Assembly: GCA_045047305.1 (NCBI GenBank)
Contig: JASFYO010000045.1
Span: 1 to 36,311, forward strand
Origin: Planctomycetota bacterium
GTDB lineage: Bacteria; Planctomycetota; UBA1135
Direction: 5' to 3'
DNA: 36,311 nucleotides
Position 1 is the first letter of the stretch. Every line of letters begins with the position of its first letter. Below, one piece after another: positions 19,069 to 27,676 of this stretch. The position numbers and the translations under genes are program-made. The notes beneath the pieces are model-generated. The model saw nothing but the letters and a program-made list of their open reading frames with translations, was not told the origin of the DNA and did not search any database.

Positions 19069-19554
19069 TTACACCCAACCCGCCAACAAGGTTTCAGCCT
19101 GGTTGGCGGGTTGTTTCGTTTCTATCGCCTGCTCCACTACACCATGCACTCCGAGAACAAAGGTGTAGCGTTGCGCGTACTGGTCGCGTGCCTCCCCAAC
19201 AGCGCCAAAGGCTAGGCTCATGCTTCCATCTAAATCCGATAGCAGTGGGAAGGGAAAGCCCTGCTTGGTGCGAAAATCCTTGTTGTCCTTTACGCAGTCC
19301 ATGGAAACGCCCATGACCAAAATGTCTAGGGCATCAAATTGTTGGATTCGATCACGGAACCCTTGACCTTGTTTCGTTCAGCCTGGGGTGCTGGCCTTGG
19401 GGAAGAACCAAAGCACGACTCGTTTTCCAGCAAGGTGAGCCTGCGTCACCACTTCGCCTTCGGTGTCTAGTGCGGTGAACGCTGGGCATTTTGACCCCAC
19501 GCGGAGTGGGCCAGGATTCCCTTTTAGGAGACGACGGAAAAAGGTACGCAACAT
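19069..19554 (-). CDS. bcp: BCP/PrxQ peroxiredoxin, predicted selenoprotein (Sec59)
   Basis: Translated by hand from ATG 19554: ...GKRVVLWFFPKASTPG[TGA]TKQGQGFRD...VMGVSMD...FPFPLLSD...QRYTFV. The TGA at 19380-19378 is in frame at the peroxidatic Cys of PxxxTxxC, and the frame is open on both sides (161 aa). Confidence 0.88.
19076..19122 (+). terminator. Strong hairpin inside the 3' end of bcp, likely terminator for the convergent S8 gene
   Basis: Perfect 12-bp inverted repeat CAACCCGCCAAC/GTTGGCGGGTTG plus AGG/CCT, followed by TTTCGTTTC. Confidence 0.6.
19350..19368 (-). promoter_or_regulatory. Candidate bacterial SECIS element
   Basis: GGUCAAG-GGUU-CCGUGAUC begins 9 nt 3' of the UGA. GGUCA/UGAUC forms a stem, with a G-containing apical loop about 16 nt from the UGA. 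Confidence 0.55.
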
Positions 19555-19558
19555 ATTC

Positions 19559-19987
19559 TTAACACCCTGAATTGTTTTTCTTGACGTGTGCTGACGATGC
19601 CTTGACCAATTGTTTCAAAACCTTGAGGTCGACATCCTTCAAGTGGTTCAGATACAAGCATGACTTACCGGTCCGGTACTTGCCCAACTTTTCCATAAGC
19701 GTGGAATAGCGTGGGAAACCAGCCATGATATATAACACCAACTTTGCTTTCCGTGGCGCAAACCCAGTAAGGAACCAGCTGCCTTCGCGGCCGCTCGCAT
19801 AACGATAATCATAACGCCCAAAGCCAACCATACTTGTTCCCCACATTTCTGCAGGCTCGCCGGTGATGTCTTGCATCAACTCCAAAACGGCAAACGCGTC
19901 CTCGCGACGTGAGTCGCATTCAACCCTATTCAAAAAGGCCTTTACACTTGCCTTGGTCGGCTTGGTCTTGTTCTCTGCTCGTGCCAT
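19559..19987 (-). CDS. DUF1801 (YdhG-like) domain protein
   Basis: MWGTSMVGFGRYDY.YASGREG.W...GFAPRK...LGKYRTGKSCLYL; ends 4 nt upstream of bcp on the same strand. Confidence 0.88.
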   Translation of the reverse strand: MARAENKTKPTKASVKAFLNRVECDSRREDAFAVLELMQDITGEPAEMWGTSMVGFGRYDYRYASGREGSWFLTGFAPRKAKLVLYIMAGFPRYSTLMEKLGKYRTGKSCLYLNHLKDVDLKVLKQLVKASSAHVKKNNSGC

Positions 19988-20010
19988 GCAGCACTAACAT
20001 ACCACTCGCC
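19988..20010. promoter_or_regulatory. 23-bp spacer with overlapping, divergent -10 boxes
   Basis: Plus strand: TAACAT (19995-20000) 10 nt before ATG 20011. Minus strand: TG-G-TATGTT (hexamer 20001-19996) 8 nt before ATG 19987. Confidence 0.55.
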
Positions 20011-20631
20011 ATGAAAACCGACACCACCATTCTCTATCTTGCTGACCCAATGTGCTCATGGTGTTGGGGATTCGCCCCCAGCCTGAAGGCGATACAAGCA
20101 ATCGCTCCCCAAGTTCCAGTGCAGATTGTTCTAGGCGGTTTGGCACCCGACTCCGAAGAACCGATGGAAGCCAGCCTGAAATGCTATATCCAACAGGCCT
20201 GGCGCGATGTCGCTGCGCAGTGTGATGTGGAATTCAACTTCGACTTCTGGGAGCGGTGCTCGCCTCGGCGGTCCACTTACCCTGCATGTCGAGCGGTCGT
20301 GGTGGCTCGAATGTTCAATTTAGAAATGTCTATGTTCCAGTCGATCCAACACGCTTACTACTTAGAGGCGCGCAACCCTTCGGATTTAAATGTACTCGTC
20401 GAAATCGCGGTTACCCTTGGAATTCCGAAGCAGGAATTCCTTGACCACATGATGTTGGAGCAAACCCAGCAAGCGCTTGAAGCCGACTTCCAATTGCGCA
20501 ACCAACTTCACGGCCACTCCTTTCCTAGTATTGGGGTGCGTCGTCAGGGCGCAACACATCTATTGCACAGTGGCTACTGCAGCCCTGACGAAGCAACGCA
20601 AATATGGCGCTTATGGGATGGTCACATCTAA
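20011..20631 (+). CDS. DsbA/FrnE-like thioredoxin-fold protein
   Basis: DPMCSWCWGF, LGGLAPD, RSTYPACRAV and the cis-Pro motif SFPS. Start corrected to ATG 20011. Confidence 0.9.
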   Translation: MKTDTTILYLADPMCSWCWGFAPSLKAIQAIAPQVPVQIVLGGLAPDSEEPMEASLKCYIQQAWRDVAAQCDVEFNFDFWERCSPRRSTYPACRAVVVARMFNLEMSMFQSIQHAYYLEARNPSDLNVLVEIAVTLGIPKQEFLDHMMLEQTQQALEADFQLRNQLHGHSFPSIGVRRQGATHLLHSGYCSPDEATQIWRLWDGHI

Positions 20632-23244
20632 GCCATTGGAGAATGTCTGAGAAGCAACATCAAAGGCATGAAACCAGACACTAACACCGGAGGATCCTGC
20701 CGATAGCAGCTTGGTTGCAGTTGCATTTCCGCTTTCATCCACCACACCGTTCGCAAGGGAATGGATTGGTGCCGAGAGCATCATGTCGCCGAGCGAAGAT
20801 GGTGTTGGGCCGGCACCGGTTAAGGAGTAGCCCCACAAAACCGTTCCACCAGGCGTGCAGCGATTGATTGCCAACTCTGCGTTTTGCCCAGCAGTCAAAT
20901 TCCCAATCGTGAGCACCGGCACCATCCAATCCAACAGCGCTTGATATTTTGGTGCGCTTGCAGCTGGTTGGTCTTGATATTCCAAGGTCCCCCACGAACC
21001 AAACTTACCCCAGCTCCCTACATAACTGAAATGCACAAAGAGAGAAACACCTTCCCGTTGCAACATATCTAAATACTCTAGGTATCGCGTGCCCATACGC
21101 ACATCTCCATTGGCCTCCATCAAAAGGTTGGTAAGGGTTTCGTCGTTCTGGGCCGAAGAAAGCCCAGTAAAGTGCTGTCCCCCTTCATAACAAATCAGAG
21201 TCACGCCCTGTTCGTTTGCGATTTGTTTTTGTGTGCGCACAAAGCCTTCTTGCTCCGCAATAGATCTAACCGCAACATCTTCCAGTAATACGCTTACCGT
21301 TGGATAACTATTCACCAGAGGCGGAAGTTCGTTCGGAGTATAATTTTTGCCGAAATACGGTGCGATCGCAAGCGCATCTGGCATCACATATTCCGGATTC
21401 AAGTCTGCGTTATTCAATGCTTCGAAGCGAACTTCTGTGGTTGTAGGATTCGCCGAATGAGTGGCCAATACCTTGACAATGCGGGCATCATTTATAAATT
21501 CCTGCTCGAAGATGGTCCAGATTTCAACCGACCGCACGGCATGATACATCTGGCCCGCACGCCAACGATCCGTTGACAGGCCAAGTGCCATTCCCATATC
21601 CTGAACATAAGCGGATTGACTAAATATCCCGTTCCATGTTTCATTGGAATACTCCACATAGATTTTCTTATCCAAACTAATCTGGTCGCGCAACAAACGT
21701 GCTGCCTCCCGAATGTATTCGTCGTCCGCAGCGTGTGGGATACAAATCCATGGGTCTTGCCCAGAGATGCGCGAGAAATCCACTACATAGTCTAATGACG
21801 CACCGTTCGGAGTTGCCTGACTGAAGAAATCCTTCTTGGTGTGGTCAGCCCAGGTCACCACGGGCGAGTTGTTCGTACCACTCCAATCCATAAATCGAGC
21901 AGTCCCAAAAGGCATCAAGCGCTCGAGGTACACGGAGTCAAAAGGGTCAGTCTCATAAGTCGATGCGAACCCAGGGCGAATAATGCGAATATTGTTCAAT
22001 GGATCCGCGGCCAAGGATTCTTCCAACTCGATAAAGAGGTTGGTCCCTGCATCACTTTGCGGAACCGTAAAGCTAAAGGTAGACGATCCGCCAACAGGGT
22101 AAAAGGTCTGCCGAGTGAGGCCCGCGCGCAGCACGATGCGACCGGAACCTTCCACCAGCAATGTATATTCTCCAGGGACGCGGAGAGACACTAAGTTATG
22201 CGCATAGTGCAACCCGCCATCACTCGCGAGAAAAGGCAATTCCAATGGCCAACCATTTTCATCCACCGGCATCTCGGCGCCAAAGCCTGTATCCCACGTG
22301 CTTGGATCAGACTCTAACTTGGTTAACCACGGTCGCGCCGTGACCATAACGTTCACAAAGTCCCGAGCAGTATTCCAATCTCGAATCGAGTTTAGGTTCA
22401 TACCTAGCTCCATATGCGTGGTCGAGTTTTCCTGAAACTCGCCCTCAATCAAAAAATCCTGGTTCATCACAATCGTGCGCGGGTTCCCTTTTCCGACAAC
22501 ATCACCGCTCCACCCTGCAAACGCGTGCCCAACCTCTGGATTAGCAAAGATTTGCACCTTGGTTCCAGCTTCAAACAAATCACCGTCGGGAAATGTGGAC
22601 ACCTGTCCACCACTCATTTGATTTAGATTTAAAGTAAAAACTGGACCCCCATCGACAATCTTCAGAGCCGTCAGCGAAGTGGGATGGTTGTATTGCGCAT
22701 CGTGAGCAACCAGGCGGAACTCCACAGGACCGGTAATCCCGTCGAAGCCATCTAGAGGAAAAATAAAACCGTATTCCGCATCTTCATAGTTTTCGCGGGC
22801 GAGGCCAGGAATCTCAAATAACTCCTGGCCCTCCAAAAACCCATCTAAGCTTGAAAACAAACTGTACTTTGTCGGCGCCCAATAATTGAGGCGCTGCACT
22901 CCCAGAATCATTTTCTGCCCTCCAAGGTTTAAAGATCCTACCGTTGGCGTAAGGCTAAAGGTTAGAAACTCGTTTTCTGCAATAGCGTCGGCCAAAGTGC
23001 TGGGACCGTTACTTGGAGATACGTGATATACAAAGCAATCGGAATATCCACCGTTGGCTCCCGCACCTAAGCCAAAGTCGATGCCAGAGAACAATAAGTC
23101 CGGCGCTAAATAAGTGGTGGCGTCAAACGGCGTGTTCAGTGAGGGGTCGACGCCACGGAAATCAACTTGGAGAGTGTCTTGTTGGGATGTAGCAGTCGAT
23201 GTAAGGGAAAGTGTTAGGAGAGTAATGAGCGGTAGCAACCTCAT
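20611..23244 (-). CDS. Secreted multidomain protein: one N-terminal beta domain, an InlB-B-like repeat, a GH-A-like TIM barrel and a C-terminal domain
   Basis: Signal peptide from ATG 23244, ANPEVGHAFAGWSGD repeat, ARFMDW, PWICIPH, YVEYSNETWN (acid/base-like) and CYEGGQH (nucleophile-like). Confidence 0.8.
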   Translation of the reverse strand: MRLLPLITLLTLSLTSTATSQQDTLQVDFRGVDPSLNTPFDATTYLAPDLLFSGIDFGLGAGANGGYSDCFVYHVSPSNGPSTLADAIAENEFLTFSLTPTVGSLNLGGQKMILGVQRLNYWAPTKYSLFSSLDGFLEGQELFEIPGLARENYEDAEYGFIFPLDGFDGITGPVEFRLVAHDAQYNHPTSLTALKIVDGGPVFTLNLNQMSGGQVSTFPDGDLFEAGTKVQIFANPEVGHAFAGWSGDVVGKGNPRTIVMNQDFLIEGEFQENSTTHMELGMNLNSIRDWNTARDFVNVMVTARPWLTKLESDPSTWDTGFGAEMPVDENGWPLELPFLASDGGLHYAHNLVSLRVPGEYTLLVEGSGRIVLRAGLTRQTFYPVGGSSTFSFTVPQSDAGTNLFIELEESLAADPLNNIRIIRPGFASTYETDPFDSVYLERLMPFGTARFMDWSGTNNSPVVTWADHTKKDFFSQATPNGASLDYVVDFSRISGQDPWICIPHAADDEYIREAARLLRDQISLDKKIYVEYSNETWNGIFSQSAYVQDMGMALGLSTDRWRAGQMYHAVRSVEIWTIFEQEFINDARIVKVLATHSANPTTTEVRFEALNNADLNPEYVMPDALAIAPYFGKNYTPNELPPLVNSYPTVSVLLEDVAVRSIAEQEGFVRTQKQIANEQGVTLICYEGGQHFTGLSSAQNDETLTNLLMEANGDVRMGTRYLEYLDMLQREGVSLFVHFSYVGSWGKFGSWGTLEYQDQPAASAPKYQALLDWMVPVLTIGNLTAGQNAELAINRCTPGGTVLWGYSLTGAGPTPSSLGDMMLSAPIHSLANGVVDESGNATATKLLSAGSSGVSVWFHAFDVASQTFSNGLDVTIP

Positions 23245-23357
23245 GCTGCATCGACGGCGAGAAAGACAGAAAACTACATGGTCTTTTCCCGGCATGCAAA
23301 ATATGTTCTCCAGAATTCATTCAAGAAGGGGGCAGCCGCTATAGGAATGAGGCAGAC

Positions 23358-23575
23358 ATGAATGGCTACCACTGCTCTCCGGAGTTTCCGCAGCCATTCT
23401 TGAGTATGGCCTCGCAAAAGAACTTCATCGCACCTTCCAGCTGGGCAATATCTGCATCCGTTTTAAAAAAATGGACACCATTCCTTACGCGCTAGCTGGC
23501 GACCTAGTCACCAAAATGAGCGCGGGGGAAAGGATTCAGTTATACAATAAAAACGTAAAGGAAACTCTGATTTAG
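23358..23575 (+). pseudogene. Degraded DUF1801-family gene remnant
   Basis: 23358-23432 translates to MNGYHCSPEFPQPFLSMASQKNFIA. In another frame, 23441-23575 gives LGNICIRFKKMDTIPYALAGDLVTKMSAGERIQLYNKNVKETLI*. These resemble the GYHC.P..PLPF..LASQKN.I and MGKSCIRFKK...IP..LIG.L blocks of a DUF1801 subfamily. Confidence 0.7.
23552..23575 (+). repeat. Dispersed IS5-end-like motif (copy 2)
   Basis: AACGTAAAGGAAACTCTGATTTAG is 21/24 identical to 3123-3146. Confidence 0.55.
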
Positions 23576-23582
23576 TCTTGAG

Positions 23583-26500
23583 CTAGGGCAGCAAGAAAGT
23601 CAGACCGTTCGAGAAGCTTTGCGAATCGACGTCAAAGGCGTGGTACCAAACTCGAGCGCCCGTAAGTCCTGGAGGCAAAGCTTGGGTAGTACGTACAATG
23701 CCATCTGAACCTGCTTGCATACGCGGCATCAAAAAGAACGGCGCTGTTAATAAGAGCTCGCCAATCCCAATTTGAGTCGGTCCCCCGCCAGTGGCGGAGA
23801 AGCCCCAAGTCACCGGTCCGCCCGGCGTGCAGCGACTAATTTCAAAATCACCCGTTTGACCCGGGATAAGATTACCAACCTTGAGTACAGGGGTCTGCCA
23901 GTCGACCAAAGCACGGTACTTGTGCGCCAAACTGATTGGTTGTTCTTGCGATTCCTTCGAGCCCCAAGACCCAAACTTATTCCATGCGCCAATATAAGTG
24001 AAATGGCTGAAGACACTAACCCCTTCACTCTGCAGCATGTCCAAGTAAGTCCGGTAAAGCTCGCCGATGCGCGGGTCGCGGTTTACTGCGACCAAAATAT
24101 CGGTGAGAATTTGATCATCCCGAGTTTGATTGAGGCCAACGTAATGCTGACCGCCTTCGTAACAGATCAACTCTGCTCCCTGGCGTAAGGCCGCCAACTT
24201 TTGGCTGCGCACTTCAAGCTTCACCTCTTGAATAGATGACGGGCCGACGACGTCAAGTAAGTCATCTACGGTTGGATAGCTCGGGGCGATTGGAGGGATT
24301 TCTTCCGGCTTAATACTGTGCCCAAAATAAGGCGCAATCGCCAATGCATCTAGCATGACGTAATTCGGGTTGATCTCCGGGTCGTTCAACGCATCTAGAC
24401 GAGTCTGAGTCGTACCAATCAACACCGAATGCGTCCCAAGCACTTTCACTAGGCGATTGTTATTGACGAACTCCTGCTCAAAAATGGTCCAAATCTGAAC
24501 CGAACGCAAACTGACATAACGCTGCCCGGCCTCCCAACGATCCGTCGACAAGCCAAGCAATAAACCCTGATCCTCTGCGTAACCAGTTTGCTGAAAACTT
24601 CCATTCCAAGTCTCATTGGAATACTCGACGTAAATCTTCAAGCTCGGGTCCACGTTATCACGCAATAACCGGGCGGCCTCGCGGACGTAGTTGTCATCGG
24701 CCATGTGCGGAATGCAAATCCAAGGGTCTGCATGCGTGGCATTGGCAAACTCAGCCATGTACTGCAAAGATGCTCCTCGTAAAGTAGCTTGCGAGTAATG
24801 GTCCTTGGAAACGTGGTCGGCCCAGCTCGTGACTAGGGAGTTGTTGATCTCACCCCAGTTCATAAAGCGAACGGAGCTGAATGGCGCCAAGCCCGCTAAG
24901 TAATCCGGATGGAATGGTTGCGTAGCCACCACCGATGCAAAGCCTGGGCGAATCACGCGAAGACTCGTAATCGGGTCGGCTGCAGAAGATTCCTCTAGCA
25001 TGAGGAACATATTGTTCACCGCATCTGGCACCGGAACGACGAAGGTATAGGTGGAGCTTCCGCCAGTTGGGTTGTAAGTTTGGCGAGTCTGGCCCGCGAT
25101 TAACTCAAAACGGCCGCTGCCTTCAACCTCAACGGTATACGTCCCCGCGCTACGCAAAGCCAAAAGGGTATGCACATAATGCAGGTTGCCATCACTCGCC
25201 GTAAACGGAAGATGGGTTGGCCAACCATTTTGGTCCATTGGAATTTCATCTCCGAATCCACTATCCCAAAGACCTGAGAAAAAATCCCGTGTCAACCAGG
25301 GGCGCGCCGTCTCCATGATGTCGACGAAATCGAACTTAGGGCCGAAATCGCGCACCGCACCGAGGTTCATTCCAAGCTCCATGTTCGGCAAGGGGACAGA
25401 CTCAAAGTTCCCCGTAATCATTAGGTTGCGGTCCAGGATGACGGTTCTTGGATTGCCGCGCCCAACCACATCGCCAGTCCATCCGCTAAAACGGAAGCCA
25501 TCGTTCGGGTCTGCAATAAGCTGAACCGCACTCCCAGTTTCAAAGTAACTACCATAAGGGTTAGAACGCACTTGTCCGCCATACTGCGCTCCAAGGGTGA
25601 GAGAATACACCGGACCTGGGTCAATGATGCTCAGTTTGGTCAGGGTAGTGTCGTGATTGTATTTCGCGCTATGAGCCACCAAGCGAAACTCCACACTACT
25701 AGTGATGCCGTCATACCCGGATGGAGGGAAAATGAACCCAAAGTCATTCTCGGTGTAATCTGTGCGCTCGACAGCTTCGGTGCTGAATAATTCCTTGCCG
25801 ACGGTGAAGCCATCAATACTGCTGAATAGTGAATAGACTGCCGGCGCCCAATGATCAGTGCGCTGGATACTGAATTGAATTTTCTGACCACCAAGATTCA
25901 TGACTCCCGAAGTTGGCGCCAAGGAAAAGGACAGATACTCATCGGCAAGTACGGCATCGCGCAGCGTCGTTTCAATCGCTGGAGCGGCAAGGTGAAAAGC
26001 AAAGACATCCTGAAAGCCTGGAGTAGGAAAGCAGCCTAGCCCTAAATCGACTCCCGCAAAGGAAAGATTCGGTTGCAGCGCCGTAGTTGCAGTCCACGGG
26101 GTGTTAAGCGCGGGGTTCGTGCCGCGAAAATCTACATCCAACATGTCTGGCGAATAGATTGGGCCAGGATCCGTGATGCTTAACTCAGTAAGACTTAAGT
26201 CATGGTTGTAGCGCGCACCAAATGCGACCAAGCGAAATTCAACCGGACCTGTAACGCTGTTATAGCCCGTAGTTGGAATGGTAAAGAGGAACCTGGTTTC
26301 GTTGTAATCGGTGTTGCCAAAGGATGGCGTAGTGAAGATTTCTTGGCCACTCGCAAAACCATCAATACTGGTGAACACACTGTAGGTCACTGGCGACCAA
26401 TAGTTGCCGCGCTCGATACTGAAGACTAGATCTTTCCCACCAAGGTCCAAGAAACCCGTTGTGGGTGCCAAGGTAAACGACAAATATTCTTCATCACGGA

Positions 26501-26759
26501 TCGCGTCTTGCAACGAAGTATCGATGCTCGCCGCCGTGAGATGGAACGCATAGACGTCGTTAAAACCGGGACTGGCAAAAGCGCCTGCGCCAAAATCCAG
26601 ACCACTGAAGGAAAGGTTAGGTGCTAGGTAGGTGGTAGAAGTCCACGGCGACTGCAATGCCGGATCGACTCCTTGGAAATTGACTTCCAAAACGTCTTGG
26701 GCAAATGCGGTGAGGGGGCACCAAAGGAACAACCATGCAATGAGGGGGATGTGTCTCAT
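23583..26759 (-). CDS. Secreted multidomain GH-A-like protein, paralog of 20611-23244 with a duplicated N-terminal domain
   Basis: Signal peptide from ATG 26759, two ~180-aa repeats (LEVNFQGVDPAL.. and LDVDFRGTNPAL..), ADPNDGFRFSGWTGD, VRFMNW, PWICIPH, YVEYSNETWN, CYEGGQH and the same C-terminal domain. Confidence 0.8.
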   Translation of the reverse strand: MRHIPLIAWLFLWCPLTAFAQDVLEVNFQGVDPALQSPWTSTTYLAPNLSFSGLDFGAGAFASPGFNDVYAFHLTAASIDTSLQDAIRDEEYLSFTLAPTTGFLDLGGKDLVFSIERGNYWSPVTYSVFTSIDGFASGQEIFTTPSFGNTDYNETRFLFTIPTTGYNSVTGPVEFRLVAFGARYNHDLSLTELSITDPGPIYSPDMLDVDFRGTNPALNTPWTATTALQPNLSFAGVDLGLGCFPTPGFQDVFAFHLAAPAIETTLRDAVLADEYLSFSLAPTSGVMNLGGQKIQFSIQRTDHWAPAVYSLFSSIDGFTVGKELFSTEAVERTDYTENDFGFIFPPSGYDGITSSVEFRLVAHSAKYNHDTTLTKLSIIDPGPVYSLTLGAQYGGQVRSNPYGSYFETGSAVQLIADPNDGFRFSGWTGDVVGRGNPRTVILDRNLMITGNFESVPLPNMELGMNLGAVRDFGPKFDFVDIMETARPWLTRDFFSGLWDSGFGDEIPMDQNGWPTHLPFTASDGNLHYVHTLLALRSAGTYTVEVEGSGRFELIAGQTRQTYNPTGGSSTYTFVVPVPDAVNNMFLMLEESSAADPITSLRVIRPGFASVVATQPFHPDYLAGLAPFSSVRFMNWGEINNSLVTSWADHVSKDHYSQATLRGASLQYMAEFANATHADPWICIPHMADDNYVREAARLLRDNVDPSLKIYVEYSNETWNGSFQQTGYAEDQGLLLGLSTDRWEAGQRYVSLRSVQIWTIFEQEFVNNNRLVKVLGTHSVLIGTTQTRLDALNDPEINPNYVMLDALAIAPYFGHSIKPEEIPPIAPSYPTVDDLLDVVGPSSIQEVKLEVRSQKLAALRQGAELICYEGGQHYVGLNQTRDDQILTDILVAVNRDPRIGELYRTYLDMLQSEGVSVFSHFTYIGAWNKFGSWGSKESQEQPISLAHKYRALVDWQTPVLKVGNLIPGQTGDFEISRCTPGGPVTWGFSATGGGPTQIGIGELLLTAPFFLMPRMQAGSDGIVRTTQALPPGLTGARVWYHAFDVDSQSFSNGLTFLLP

Positions 26760-26938
26760 CGGGCCATTAAGATAACCTCGGCCCCCTGTTTGACCAAAAT
26801 CCACAGTCGTATTTTTTGCAGTTATTATGCAGAAAAATGAGGAACTTGAGGTCTTAAATGGCGTCATCAAGCTCTATTCGAGGATGCGGGCAGTAGGCCC
26901 TTGGATGTCGTCTCGGTCTCCTCTATCCTTACACCCCA

Positions 26939-27673
26939 ATGCCGCTGCTTCGCAAGCTCAAAACCGCCCTCCTCATGGCTCTACGTATTCCGTTTCACGC
27001 GGCAATGCATCCCCGCCTAGTCTGGCGGCGTTACGTACAAAAGCGTTGCGTGGTTGGCGCCATTCCATATCAGCTCCGTTTGCACAATCGTTATTGGGAG
27101 AAACGCCTAGGAGTAGACACTGAGGGCTGGGTCGCTGTCGAGCTGAACGACGGCATGCTTTACGAAGCTACGCCCTATCTACTATTAGAAGACATTCTTT
27201 GCTATTTAAATTTGGGTAAGAACGATGTCTTCCTCGACCTTGGGTGCGGTAAAGGCCGTGTGACCTGCATGGCTGCGCGCACCAAGGTCGGACGTGTTGT
27301 AGGTCTCGAACAGGACGACGGATTCCTCGAACTCGCGCGCCGTAATTTGGCCGCCGTCGCCGACGTCCGCTCTAAAGTCGACTTTCATCACGGATTGGCG
27401 CAAGACTTTGACTTTGATAGCACCACGGTGGTCTTCCTCTTCAATCCCTTCGGCGCCGACACCCTACAAGAAGTGTTAGAGCTCTTGCAGCAAAGCCTAT
27501 TGCGCATCCCCCGAAAGTTGCGCCTGGTTTACGCCAACCCTGTGCATGAACAGGTGCTCCACGACTGCGCCTGGCTCAGCAACGTGGAAACCTGGCCCAG
27601 CAGCGCATACGCCGAGTTCGAGATCCAGCCACCAAATCCGCGGCTGGTCTCATTCTGGGAATCGAAGGCGTAA
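26939..27673 (+). CDS. Class I SAM-dependent methyltransferase
   Basis: YEATPY, FLDLGCGKGR, GLE, FLFNPF and YANP; TATCCT 9 nt upstream of the ATG. Confidence 0.88.
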   Translation: MPLLRKLKTALLMALRIPFHAAMHPRLVWRRYVQKRCVVGAIPYQLRLHNRYWEKRLGVDTEGWVAVELNDGMLYEATPYLLLEDILCYLNLGKNDVFLDLGCGKGRVTCMAARTKVGRVVGLEQDDGFLELARRNLAAVADVRSKVDFHHGLAQDFDFDSTTVVFLFNPFGADTLQEVLELLQQSLLRIPRKLRLVYANPVHEQVLHDCAWLSNVETWPSSAYAEFEIQPPNPRLVSFWESKA

Positions 27674-27676
27674 GTC

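Noticed and set aside
19069..19320. 83-aa ORF treated as a stand-alone gene, or bcp treated as a pseudogene
   Set aside because: It is the C-terminal half of the UGA-readthrough peroxiredoxin; the only stop is exactly at the catalytic residue.
23380..23389. CGGAGTTTCC, identical to 4594-4603
   Set aside because: Only 10 bp, lies within the DUF1801 remnant and has no partner end; could be chance.
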